NCBI GenBank assembly: GCA_963720545.1
Contig: OY970399.1
Span: 544,001-608,000, forward strand
Direction: 5' to 3'
Length of the DNA stretch: 64,000 nucleotides
Origin: an uncultured Acidobacteriota bacterium
GTDB taxonomy: Bacteria; Acidobacteriota; Vicinamibacteria; Fen-336
Part shown: one piece after another, positions 27,430 to 36,569 of the stretch
How positions within the stretch are numbered: position 1 is the stretch's first letter
Layout of the letters: each line of letters starts with the position of its first letter
Notes under the pieces: model-generated
The model's database searches: none
What the model was told of the DNA's origin: nothing
Seen by the model: the letters and a program-made list of their open reading frames with translations, nothing else
Program-made: the position numbers and the translations under genes

Positions 27430-28537
27430 CACTCCTTGACGATGTTGAAAACGGTGTCGCGCTCGACGGGACGGCGGCCCGCCTCGCGAATCAGCCGGCA
27501 CAGCTCGTGGACCGTCAGCATCTGCGCCGTCGGCGCACCGGCGTCGTGCGCGATCTTCTCTTCCGTCACCGTGCCGTCGAGGTCGTCGGCGCCGAACGAC
27601 AGGCCCACCTGCGCGAGGCGCGGGCCGATCATGATCCAGTAACGACTTGATGTGCGGGATGTTGTCGAGCATCAGGCGGCCGACGGCTATCGCCTTCAGG
27701 TCGTCGAAGCCGGTCGTCTCCGGCGCCTTCACGGCGGGGGCTTCCCACGGCTGGAACGCGAGCGGGATGAAGGTGACGAAGCCGCCGGTCTCGTCCTGCA
27801 GCGCGCGCAGCTTCACCAGGTGGTCGACGCGGTCCTCGACCGACTCGATGTGGCCGTAGAGCATCGTGCAATTGGTCGGGATGCCGAGTTGGTGCGCGGT
27901 GCGGTGCACGTCCAGCCACTGCTCGGCGTCGGCCTTGCCCTTCACGATCTTGTTGCGCGTTTCCTTCGCGAAGATCTCGGCGCCGCCGCCGGGCATCGAG
28001 TCGAGTCCGGCCGCGTGCAGCTCGGTGAGGACGTCCTTGACCGGTTTCCGGTAGAGGCGATGGAAGAAAAAGATCTCGACCGCCGTGAACGCCTTGACGT
28101 GGATCTGCGGGCGGATCTTCTTGATGCCGCGCATCATGTCGAGGTGGTAGTCCCAGGTGAGCCCGTTGTGCAGGCCGCCAACGATGTGCACTTCCTTCAC
28201 CGGCGCCGGCAGCTTGTCCACGGTCGCGAAGATCTCGTCGAGCGACATGGAATAGGCGCGCGGGTCGTCCTTCGGGGTTGCGGAGAAGGCGCAGAAGTCG
28301 CAGGTGGCGACGCACACGTTGGTGTGGTTGATGTGGGTATTCCACACGAAGTAGCCGACGTCGCCGTGGCGCTTCTCGCGCACGTGGTTCGCGAGCGCCC
28401 CCAGGCCGAGCAGGTCGTGGGTGTTGTAGAGGGCGACCCCGTCCTCGAAGGTGAGGCGCCGGCCGAGGAGCACCTTCTCCCGGATGGGCTCCAAACCCTT
28501 GTCGCGCAGTGTGCTCTCCGCTAGCGTAAGGCTCATG
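27426..28537 (-). CDS. mqnE: Aminofutalosine synthase MqnE (radical SAM); one frameshift near 27641
   Basis: HINHTNVCVATCDFCAF, EVHIVGGLH, KAFTAVE, MLYGHIE; removing one base restores HIKSYWIMIG...FGADDLDGTVTEEKIAHDAGA. Confidence 0.88.
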
Positions 28538-28561
28538 TTTCTCCGTAACTTGGCGAGATAG

Positions 28562-30377
28562 ATTATCACTGCGGACCGCTTCACCGACCTGCGGTCGTTC
28601 CTCGACGCGCTGCGTGCCGACGGGGATCTGGCGGTGGTCGAAGCACCGGTCGACCCACGCCTGGAGGCGGCCGAAATCCACCGCCGCGTGATCGCCGCAG
28701 GCGGGCCAGCGCTGCTCTTCACGAACCCGAAGGGCGCCGACTTTCCGCTGGTTACGAACCTGTTCGGCACCGCGCGGCGCGCGGAGCGTGCGTTCGGGCG
28801 CAACGCCGCGCCGTTCATCAAGCGCGCGGTGGAGCTGGCGCAGACGGCGCTGCCGCCGACGGCGGCGAAGCTGTGGAGCGCGCGCGATGTGCTGAAGGGC
28901 GCGGCGCGCATCGGAATGAAGCGGCGCCGCGCCGGAGCGGTGATTGAGAAGTGGGCGGAGACGCCGCGGCTCGACCGGTTGCCGGTGCTCACCTGCTGGC
29001 CTGAAGACGGGGGTCCCTTCGTCACGCTGCCCCTCGTCCTCACAGCGCATCCCGACGGCCACGGCACGAACCTCGGCATGTACCGGCTGCAGGTGCACTC
29101 GCCGTCCGTGACCGGCATGCACTGGCAGATCGGCAAGGGCGGCGGCTTCCACTACGCCGTCGCGGAAGCGCGCGGCGAGGCGCTGCCGGCCACCGTGTTC
29201 CTCGGCGGTCCGCCGGCGCTGATCCTGGCGGCGATCGCGCCATTGCCCGAGAACGTGCCCGAGCTGATGCTCGCGTCACTCATCGCCGGCGAGAAGCTCG
29301 AGACGATCGCCGGCCACGGGCCGCACCCGCTCATCGCCAATGCCGAGTTTGCGCTGATCGGCTCGGTGCCGCCGCGCGTGCGCCGGCCCGAGGGCCCGTT
29401 CGGCGACCACTACGGCTACTACTCGCTGCAGCACGACTACCCCGTCTTCAACCTCAGCCGCATCGCGCATCGCAAGGACGCGATCTATCCGGCGACCGTC
29501 GTCGGCAAGCCGCGGCAGGAAGACTTCTTCATCGGCGACCTGCTGCAGGAGCTGCTGTCGCCGCTCTTCCCGCTGGTGATGCCCGGCGTCCTCTCGCTGT
29601 GGTCGTACGGCGAGACCGGCTACCACTCGCTCGCCGCGGCGGTGGTGCGCGAACGCTACCGGCGCGAGGCGATGGCGAGCGCCTTCCGCATCCTCGGCGA
29701 AGGCCAGCTGTCGCTCACCAAGTTCCTGCTGGTCACCGACCGCAGCGTGAACCTGAAGGACTTCCCCGCAACGCTCGACCCACATCCTGGAGCGCACGCA
29801 GCCGCAGACCGACCTCTACTTGTTCTCGAACCTGTCGATGGACACGCTCGACTACACCGGCCCACGGGTGAACGAGGGTTCGAAGGGCGTGTGGCTCGGC
29901 CTCGGCGATCCGGTGCGCCAGCTGCCGCGCGCGTTCTCTCCGTCTGCCGACGTGCCGCGCGGCTTCCGCGACGTGCGAGTGTTCTCTCCCGGCTGCCTCG
30001 TCGTGGGCGGCCCGCCGCACGCGGAGGAAGAGGGGGCCGCGCAGCGGCTGGCCGAGTCGCAGGCTTTGGACGGCTGGCAACTCGTGGTCCTCACCGACGA
30101 ACCGGCGCGAGCGGCGAAGAGCGCGATGAACTTCCTTTGGACCACCTTCACGCGCTTCGAACCCGCCCGCGACGTCCACGCCCGCAGCCGGACGCTGGCC
30201 GGCACTCACGTCAGTTTCGAGTTCCCCATCGTCATCGACGCCCGTCTCAAGCCCGGTTTCCCGGCCGAACTCTTCTGCAATCCGGACACGGCCCGCACGG
30301 TCAGTGACCGGTGGCTTGAATATTTCCCGGCAAAAAACGTTTCAATGGGTGACTCGGACGCAGCCCATCTCGACTGA
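28562..30377 (+). CDS. UbiD-family decarboxylase (MqnL-like); one frameshift near 29780, start uncertain
   Basis: FTDLRSFLDAL, NLFGT, DGGPFVTLP, NLGMYR, EGPFGDHYGYYS, VVGKPRQED; continues DTLDYTG after a frameshift. Confidence 0.85.
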
Positions 30378-30420
30378 CATCCGGACAAATGTCAGGAAAT
30401 GTTAAATGGACAGAAAACCC

Positions 30421-30448
30421 TTGTCTTGATTGGAGTTACGGCTAGACT
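30421..30448 (+). promoter_or_regulatory. Putative sigma70 promoter of the M23-cax genes
   Basis: TTGTCT-16 bp-TAGACT in an AT-rich intergenic region. Confidence 0.45.
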
Positions 30449-30485
30449 CCCCCGGGTTCGGCGGTCGTAAACCCCAGACAAAATC

Positions 30486-31703
30486 ATGATCAGAAAGCGC
30501 AGCGCCATCGGGGCGCTTACCGGCCTTTTGTTGTTTCCCACCGGCAAGGTGGGGAATGTGGATCTCCCGGTCCCGGCAGCCGCGCTGCCGATCGCCGCGC
30601 TGAACGTCGTGGCAGGCGTCATCCCCCGCAACTCCACCTTGTCGGCGGCGCTGCAGCCGGCCCTCGAACCGGGCGACATCCACCGCCTCGTGGACGTCGC
30701 CCGGCCGGTCTACGACCTCGCGCGCGTCTCCGTCGGCCACCCGTTTCGCGTCGCGACCGACGCAGAAGGCATCTTCCGCGCGTTCAGCTACGCGATCGAC
30801 GAACTGAAGACGCTGCGCGTGCAGGAAGCGCAGGGCGAACTGCACGCGGAGATCGTCAGCCGCGACTACGAGAAGGCCACGAGCGTCGTCTCGGGCACCA
30901 TCGACTCCAGCCTGTTCCTGGCCGTGAGCCGCGCCGGCGAAGAAGACCAGCTCGCCGTCGACCTTGCCGACATCTTCGCCTGGGACGTCGACTTCAACAC
31001 CGAGATCCAGGCGGGCGACTCGTTCCGCGTCGCCGTGGAGAAGCTGACGCTCGACGGCGAGTTCAAGCGCTACGGGCGCATCCTTTCGGCCGAGTTCGTG
31101 CGCGGCACGCGGGTGCTGTCCGCGGTGAGCTTCGGCGACGACAACGCCGGTGCCACGCCTTCCTACTACTCCGCCGACGGCAAGCCGCTGCGCAAGGCGT
31201 TCCTGCGCTCGCCACTCAAGTTCACGCGCATCTCGTCGGGCTTCGGCTCACGCATGCACCCGATCCTCGGCTACCGCCGGGCGCATCCGGCCGTCGACTT
31301 CGCGGCGCCCACCGGCACGCCGGTGATGGCGGCCGGCAACGGCGTCGTGCTGCTCGCCGGCCGCAGCGGCGGGCTGGGCAATGCCGTGCGCATCCGCCAC
31401 CCCAACGGTTACGAGACGATCTACGGCCACCTCTCGCGCATCTTCGTGCGCCAGGGAGATCACGTGTCGCAGGGCGAGCGCATCGGCGCCGTCGGCCAGA
31501 CCGGCCTCGCCACCGGCCCGCACCTCGACTACCGCATGGTGAGCCGCGGGGTCTACCTCAACCCGCTGCGCGTGGTGCTGCCGTCGGCCGAACCGATCCC
31601 CGACGTGGAGCGGGCCCGTTTCGACGCGGTGGCGCGCGAGCGCATGGCGCTCCTCGACGGAGCCAGCGCCGGCGCCGCCGCTTCGCACATCGCCGCCCGC
31701 TAG
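30486..31703 (+). CDS. M23 peptidoglycan endopeptidase, MepM/Csd3-like
   Basis: IFAWDVDF..EIQAGDSF, FLRSPLKFTRISSGFG.RMHPI, HPAVDFAAP.GTP, YGHLS, GLATGPHLDY. Confidence 0.9.
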   Translation: MIRKRSAIGALTGLLLFPTGKVGNVDLPVPAAALPIAALNVVAGVIPRNSTLSAALQPALEPGDIHRLVDVARPVYDLARVSVGHPFRVATDAEGIFRAFSYAIDELKTLRVQEAQGELHAEIVSRDYEKATSVVSGTIDSSLFLAVSRAGEEDQLAVDLADIFAWDVDFNTEIQAGDSFRVAVEKLTLDGEFKRYGRILSAEFVRGTRVLSAVSFGDDNAGATPSYYSADGKPLRKAFLRSPLKFTRISSGFGSRMHPILGYRRAHPAVDFAAPTGTPVMAAGNGVVLLAGRSGGLGNAVRIRHPNGYETIYGHLSRIFVRQGDHVSQGERIGAVGQTGLATGPHLDYRMVSRGVYLNPLRVVLPSAEPIPDVERARFDAVARERMALLDGASAGAAASHIAAR

Positions 31704-31721
31704 TTAGACTGCCGGCCGCAC

Positions 31722-32792
31722 ATGGCCCACACCATCCTGCGCCTGCTCGTCGTGTTCGTGCCGATCACCATCTGGCTCGGCGTGAGCCACGCCTCGCCGT
31801 CGGCGATCTTCATCTGCGCCTGCCTTGCGATCCTGCCGCTCGCCGGCCTGATGGGCGAAGCCACCGAGAACCTGACGCACCACACCGGCCCGGGCATCGG
31901 CGGGCTGCTGAACGCCACCTTCGGCAACGCCGCCGAGCTGATCATCGCCTTCATGGCGCTGCGCGCCGGCGAGGTCGAGATCGTCAAGGCCTCCCTCACC
32001 GGCTCGATCATCGGCAACATCCTCATGGTGCTCGGCTTGTCGATGTTGGTCGGCGGCTGGCGGCGCAAGGAGCTGCGCTTCAACCGGCTGTCGGCCGAGA
32101 GCGGCAGCAGCATGATGGTGCTGGCGGTGGTCGGCCTGGTGATCCCCGCGATCTACGCGACCGTCACCCACCACGTCTCCCCCGGCCACATCGAGTCGCT
32201 GAGCCTCGACATTTCGTGGATCCTGCTCGCGACCTATGGCGCCAGCCTGCTGTTCACACTGCGCACCCACAGCGAGCAGCTCGAGCCGGAGGACAACGCC
32301 GACGTCGCCGTCGAGCTGGCCGGCCACGGCTCGGTGTGGTCGGTGCGCAACAGCCTGCTGGTGCTGTTCGCGGCGGCCGTGGTCATCGGCGTGGTGAGCG
32401 AATACCTGGTGGAGGCGGTCGACGCCGCCGGCCAGGCGCTCGGCCTGCGCAAGGTCTTCATGGGCGTCATCGTGGTGGCGCTCGTCGGCAACGCCGCCGA
32501 GCACTCGACCGCCGTGCTGGTCGCTGCCAAGGGCAAGATGGATCTGGCCCTCGGCATTGCGCTCGGCTCGTCGATGCAGATAGCACTGTTCGTGGCGCCG
32601 GTGCTGGTGATCGCCGGGCACTTCATGGGCACGCCCATGGGTCTCGAATTCACCATCCTGGAGGTGGTGGCGGTGTTCCTGTCGGTCGGCGCCGCCACCT
32701 TGCTGGTGCTCGACGGCAAGACCAACTGGCTGGAGGGCTTCCAGCTGCTCGCCATCTACGCGATCCTGGCCTTCGCCTTCTATTTCGTGTGA
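31722..32792 (+). CDS. Calcium/proton exchanger (CAX family)
   Basis: GGLLNATFGNAAELI, GSIIGNIL, VGNAAEH, GSSMQIALFV, NWLEG. Confidence 0.93.
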   Translation: MAHTILRLLVVFVPITIWLGVSHASPSAIFICACLAILPLAGLMGEATENLTHHTGPGIGGLLNATFGNAAELIIAFMALRAGEVEIVKASLTGSIIGNILMVLGLSMLVGGWRRKELRFNRLSAESGSSMMVLAVVGLVIPAIYATVTHHVSPGHIESLSLDISWILLATYGASLLFTLRTHSEQLEPEDNADVAVELAGHGSVWSVRNSLLVLFAAAVVIGVVSEYLVEAVDAAGQALGLRKVFMGVIVVALVGNAAEHSTAVLVAAKGKMDLALGIALGSSMQIALFVAPVLVIAGHFMGTPMGLEFTILEVVAVFLSVGAATLLVLDGKTNWLEGFQLLAIYAILAFAFYFV

Positions 32793-32807
32793 TTCCCGGT
32801 CGACCGT

Positions 32808-33302
32808 TCAGCGCAGGGTGAGGAGAAGCTCGTCCAGTTGCGCGAACGTCTCGACCATCGCATCCGCCGCCCCGGTGCCGGCGGCGTCGAGAGCTTCCTT
32901 CGAGGAATAGAGCTCGTGCATGACCAGCAGCGTCTTGTCACGCTTCTCCTCGAACGTCACCGTGGTGACAGGCCCACCCTCACCACCTTCCTCGTTGGTC
33001 CACACGAGGCGCGAGTGCGGTGTCACTTCGAGGTAGGTGCCGAAGAACGCCATGGCATCGGATTCGAACTCGAGACGGTACTTGCCCCCGACCCGAACGT
33101 CCATCTCACAGGAACGCAGGGACATGCCCATCGACTTCGGCGCCCACCACCGCGTGAACAGCTCGGGCTTGGTCCACGCCTCGAACACGATGCGCGCCGG
33201 CCCGTTGAAGGTTCGTGTGACGACCATCTCACGTTCGGACTTCCGTTCCACCGTCGTGGGGTTATTCATGGCGACAGGCTCACTTTCTGTTCTTGCGTTC
33301 AT
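32808..33302 (-). CDS. SRPBCC/AHSA1 domain protein
   Basis: VVTRTF..PARIVFEAWTKPEL..RWW, DVRVGGKYR, YLEVTPHSRLVWT. Confidence 0.88.
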   Translation of the reverse strand: MNARTESEPVAMNNPTTVERKSEREMVVTRTFNGPARIVFEAWTKPELFTRWWAPKSMGMSLRSCEMDVRVGGKYRLEFESDAMAFFGTYLEVTPHSRLVWTNEEGGEGGPVTTVTFEEKRDKTLLVMHELYSSKEALDAAGTGAADAMVETFAQLDELLLTLR

Positions 33303-33645
33303 TGACCTTCTCCTTCCGTTTCAGTCCCTCAACAACCCTGTCCAGCTCGTCGAAGCGTGCGTCCCAGAACTGGCGATACCTCTCGATCCATGCCGCTTCT
33401 TCCTCCAGCCGGCGCACGCCGAGCCTGCAGGTCCGCACGCGCCCGACTTTCCTGGTAGTGACGAGCCCCGCCCGCTCCAGGACCAGGACGTGCTTCTTCA
33501 TGCCGGTCAGGGTCATGCGGAACTTCGCGGCAAGCCCCGTGATCGAAGCATCCGCGCGCCCGAGCTGCTCCAGGACGCCGCGCCTCGTGGCGTCCGAGAG
33601 CGCGGCGAACGAGGCATCGAAGCCGGTCCGGATATACTGAACCAT
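33280..33645 (-). CDS. ArsR/SmtB family transcriptional regulator
   Basis: FAALSDATRRGVL, KHVLVLERAGLV..RKVGRVR.C; start at 33645 (MVQY) or 33657. Confidence 0.9.
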   Translation of the reverse strand: MVQYIRTGFDASFAALSDATRRGVLEQLGRADASITGLAAKFRMTLTGMKKHVLVLERAGLVTTRKVGRVRTCRLGVRRLEEEAAWIERYRQFWDARFDELDRVVEGLKRKEKVNERKNRK

Positions 33646-33660
33646 ATGGTTCAGCATATC
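33631..33660. promoter_or_regulatory. 30-bp palindrome centred on the ArsR start region; probable autoregulatory operator
   Basis: GATATaCTGAACCAT-ATGGTTCAGcATATC, one mismatched pair. Confidence 0.75.
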
Positions 33661-33746
33661 ACGCACGGGCTGGCGGCATGCAACGGGAGACCGAGGGTGC
33701 GCTGCGAGGTGGCACGACCCTGTGAACGGGCCTACACTGTCTGCAG

Positions 33747-34472
33747 ATGAAACGCGCCGCTGCCGCTGCCGCCGTGCTGCTCCTGAGCGCCCCGCCGCAG
33801 GCGCCGGGCGAGGTCAACGTCAAGACCACCGGCGACCTGGTCAGCGTCAGCGCGCGCAAGGCCTCGATCACCGAAGTGCTGCAGAGCCTCGCGCACAGCA
33901 CCGGCATGACGGTGGAGTTCGAGGGCCAGACGCCGCGCACGCCGGTAGACATCACGGTGGTGGATGAGCCGCTCGTGACCGCCGTCGACCGCGTGCTCGA
34001 GGGCTCGGGCATCGACTATGCGTTCACCATGGACCAGACAGAGCGCAAGGTTGTGAAGCTGCTGCTGCTGAGCCGCTCGCAGCCGGCAGCCGGCGGGACG
34101 CGCCCGCCGGGCTCGCGTCCGCCCGTGATCCACCAGCTCAACAACAACCCGGACGACGAGGAAGAGCAGGACCTGGGCGACGCCGACGACAACATGCCGA
34201 TGGACCAGTTCCAGGAACAGCAGATGATGGAGCAGCAGCAACAGGAAGCACCGGCGCCGCCGGTGCCGACGCTGCCCGGAGCGCAGGCTGGGGTTCCCAA
34301 CCCCGGGCTTCCGCCCGCCCCCGCGACCGGGCCAACGCCGCTGCCGCAGGAAACGCCCCGGCTCCCCACTTACCAGCCGTTCGCCACGCCGGCGCCCGCG
34401 GTACCGGCCGCACCACCGGCGCCCACGCCGGCTCCGGCGCCAACCCCAACGCCGAGCAACCAGCACAACTGA
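33747..34472 (+). CDS. Hypothetical secreted protein with secretin-N/STN-like region and acidic, Gln/Pro-rich tail
   Basis: Signal peptide; VSVSARKASITEVLQSLA..TGMTV resembles secretin N0 domains; low-complexity C-terminus. Confidence 0.6.
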   Translation: MKRAAAAAAVLLLSAPPQAPGEVNVKTTGDLVSVSARKASITEVLQSLAHSTGMTVEFEGQTPRTPVDITVVDEPLVTAVDRVLEGSGIDYAFTMDQTERKVVKLLLLSRSQPAAGGTRPPGSRPPVIHQLNNNPDDEEEQDLGDADDNMPMDQFQEQQMMEQQQQEAPAPPVPTLPGAQAGVPNPGLPPAPATGPTPLPQETPRLPTYQPFATPAPAVPAAPPAPTPAPAPTPTPSNQHN

Positions 34473-34487
34473 CGACCGGCGGTCCGG

Positions 34488-35138
34488 CTAGTTGTTGGGC
34501 GGGTCCGGCGAACTCGAGTTGTTCGGCTGATTGGGTGTGGTCGGGTTGTTGGGCGAATTGGGTGAGTTGGGGGAGTTGACTCCGGGCGCGTTGGGGATGC
34601 CCGTTCCCCGGCCGACGACACGCGGCTGGCCGGCCACGAACGTCCACTCCTCGTAGCGGCTGCGGCCGTTGAAGATGCGCAGGCTCTCGCCCTTCTTGGT
34701 AGTCGCGACGCCGGCAATGGCGCCGAATTCGCCGCTGCCCGCGCCGACGCCCGTGGGCGGCTGCGGCGCGCCCTGCGAGAGCACGCTGCGGCCAAGGCCC
34801 TCGCGGCCGGCGTCGCCGCCGCCCGGCGGAGCAAGCATCTGGCCGGGCGCGATGCGCTTCCAGTTGCCGTCCTTGGCGAACGGATCCTTGTAGGCGCGGC
34901 GCAGGAACTTGCCCTTCACCAGCACCTCGAGTGTGGTGGGCACCGCACCGTTGTTCTTCGCCTGGTAGCGCTCGATCGCGCGCGCGATCTCGTTGCCGCG
35001 GAACAGCAGTTCCTGCTCGCGATCGTCCTGGATCACGTACTTCCAGCCCGGCAGCGCCGCCATCAACGCCACCGACATGATCGCAACCGCGACCATCAGC
35101 GCGAGCAGCGAGACGCCGCGCTCGGCGGTGCGCGTCAC
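34488..35138 (-). CDS. Pseudopilin-like protein lacking Glu5
   Basis: ERG-VSLLALMVAVAIM class III signal; REQELLFRG, FLRRAYKDP, Y.EW.F; Asn/Pro-rich tail. Confidence 0.8.
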   Translation of the reverse strand: MTRTAERGVSLLALMVAVAIMSVALMAALPGWKYVIQDDREQELLFRGNEIARAIERYQAKNNGAVPTTLEVLVKGKFLRRAYKDPFAKDGNWKRIAPGQMLAPPGGGDAGREGLGRSVLSQGAPQPPTGVGAGSGEFGAIAGVATTKKGESLRIFNGRSRYEEWTFVAGQPRVVGRGTGIPNAPGVNSPNSPNSPNNPTTPNQPNNSSSPDPPNN

Positions 35139-35803
35139 GGCTCGTTGGCCGATGCGGCCTGACTCTGGCCTTGGACTGTCTTCTTCTCGGCGCCGGCGCG
35201 CTTGATGACTCTGGTGACGTAGGCGCGGGTTTCCTTGTAGGGCGGCACGCCGCCGTGGCGCTGCACCGCGCCCGGGCCGGCGTTGTAGGCGGCGAGCGCC
35301 TTCGTCATGTCGCCCTGGTAGAGGTCGAGCAGCTGCCGCAGGTAGCGCGAGCCGCCGTCGATGTTCTGCGCGGCGTCCAACGAGTTCGCGACGCCGAGCG
35401 AAGCCGCGGTACGCGGCATCAGCTGCATCAGCCCCTGCGCGCCCTTGCTCGAAACTGCGGCGGGCTGGTAGTTCGACTCGACGGCGATCACGGCGAGCAC
35501 CAGGCTCGGGTCGAGGCCGTGGCGCTTCGCCGCCTTGCGCGCGAGCGCGCGGATCGCTTCGGGGCCGCTGCCCGCCGGAGCATCGCGCAGGATCTCCTCG
35601 TAGACTTCGTCCGGCAGGAAGCCCTCGAATTCGCCGAGCGCCATTTCCATCTCGCCGCCGCCGGCCAGCGACAGCAGCGCCTGCCCGGACACGACCCGAT
35701 GCGCGTCGATCTTCAGTGTCGAGCCGTTGCGGAAGACAGCGATCTCCGCGCGCGCCGGAAGCGCGGCCGCGAGGCACGCCGCGAGGAACAGAAGGCGCTT
35801 CAT
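35135..35803 (-). CDS. Lytic transglycosylase (SLT domain)
   Basis: AVIAVES, SSKGAQGLMQLMP, ALAAYNAG, PPYKETRAYV. Confidence 0.93.
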   Translation of the reverse strand: MKRLLFLAACLAAALPARAEIAVFRNGSTLKIDAHRVVSGQALLSLAGGGEMEMALGEFEGFLPDEVYEEILRDAPAGSGPEAIRALARKAAKRHGLDPSLVLAVIAVESNYQPAAVSSKGAQGLMQLMPRTAASLGVANSLDAAQNIDGGSRYLRQLLDLYQGDMTKALAAYNAGPGAVQRHGGVPPYKETRAYVTRVIKRAGAEKKTVQGQSQAASANEP

Positions 35804-35810
35804 TCGGCCG

Positions 35811-36569
35811 CTAGTTGATGAACAGGTCGGTCGTGCCGGTGACGCCGTTCGCCGTGGTGGCGTGGATGATCACGGTCTTCTGCGGCTCCTCGCGCGCGTA
35901 GCGGGTGCGCAGCGTGACGGACGCCTGGCCGTTGCTGTCGGTGAAGATGAAGCCGCCCGGGATCTCCTCGGTGCCGCTGCCTTCGGCACTGAAAGTGACA
36001 GGAACGCCCGCGAGGAAGTTGCCCGCAGCGTCGGTGACCGTGGCGGTGATGGTCGAGACGCGGGCGTCGGTGGGACGGATGCGGAGCGGGTCGACGCTGA
36101 CGCTCACCCGCGTGGCGCTGGTGTTGCCGATGAGTACACCGTTGCCGCCGCTGCTGCCGCCAGTGCCAGGGGAGGCCGACGGATCGGGGTTGGGCACGTT
36201 GCCGCCCCCGCCCAGGTTGGCCGTGGCCGAGCCGGAAAACGCGGTGATCCCGGCCGTGCCGGAGCGGCCGTCGGACGTCAGGTTGACGCGCGCGACGCCG
36301 TCGTTGGTCTTGCCCTGCTCATCGATCCGGCCGAGGGTAGTGAAGAACTGCACAACCGTGCCGTCGGCCACCGGCGTGTTGGTGTTGGCCTCGATCACGA
36401 TGGCCGAGATCGTCGAGGTGCACCCGTTCGAACAGATGAAAGTGGGGTTCGCAAACAGCGACATCGCCGAACCCGCGGGTGCCGTGAGGATCGCCTGGTG
36501 GCAGGCCCAGGCCGAGACGGCCAGCACGGCTGCCGCCAGTAGGTTCTTTCCCAGAGTCATTCGCTTCAA
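35811..36569 (-). CDS. Lipoprotein with bacterial Ig-like (Big_1/invasin-type) domains
   Basis: Lipobox AWAC; STITATVTDAAGN..AGVPVTF, TDSNGQASVTL. Confidence 0.75.
   Translation of the reverse strand: MKRMTLGKNLLAAAVLAVSAWACHQAILTAPAGSAMSLFANPTFICSNGCTSTISAIVIEANTNTPVADGTVVQFFTTLGRIDEQGKTNDGVARVNLTSDGRSGTAGITAFSGSATANLGGGGNVPNPDPSASPGTGGSSGGNGVLIGNTSATRVSVSVDPLRIRPTDARVSTITATVTDAAGNFLAGVPVTFSAEGSGTEEIPGGFIFTDSNGQASVTLRTRYAREEPQKTVIIHATTANGVTGTTDLFIN

Noticed and set aside
26632..29136. 834-aa ORF looking like an MqnE-MqnA fusion
   Set aside because: Produced by the extra base near 27641; the true MqnE C-terminus is in another frame and stops at 27426
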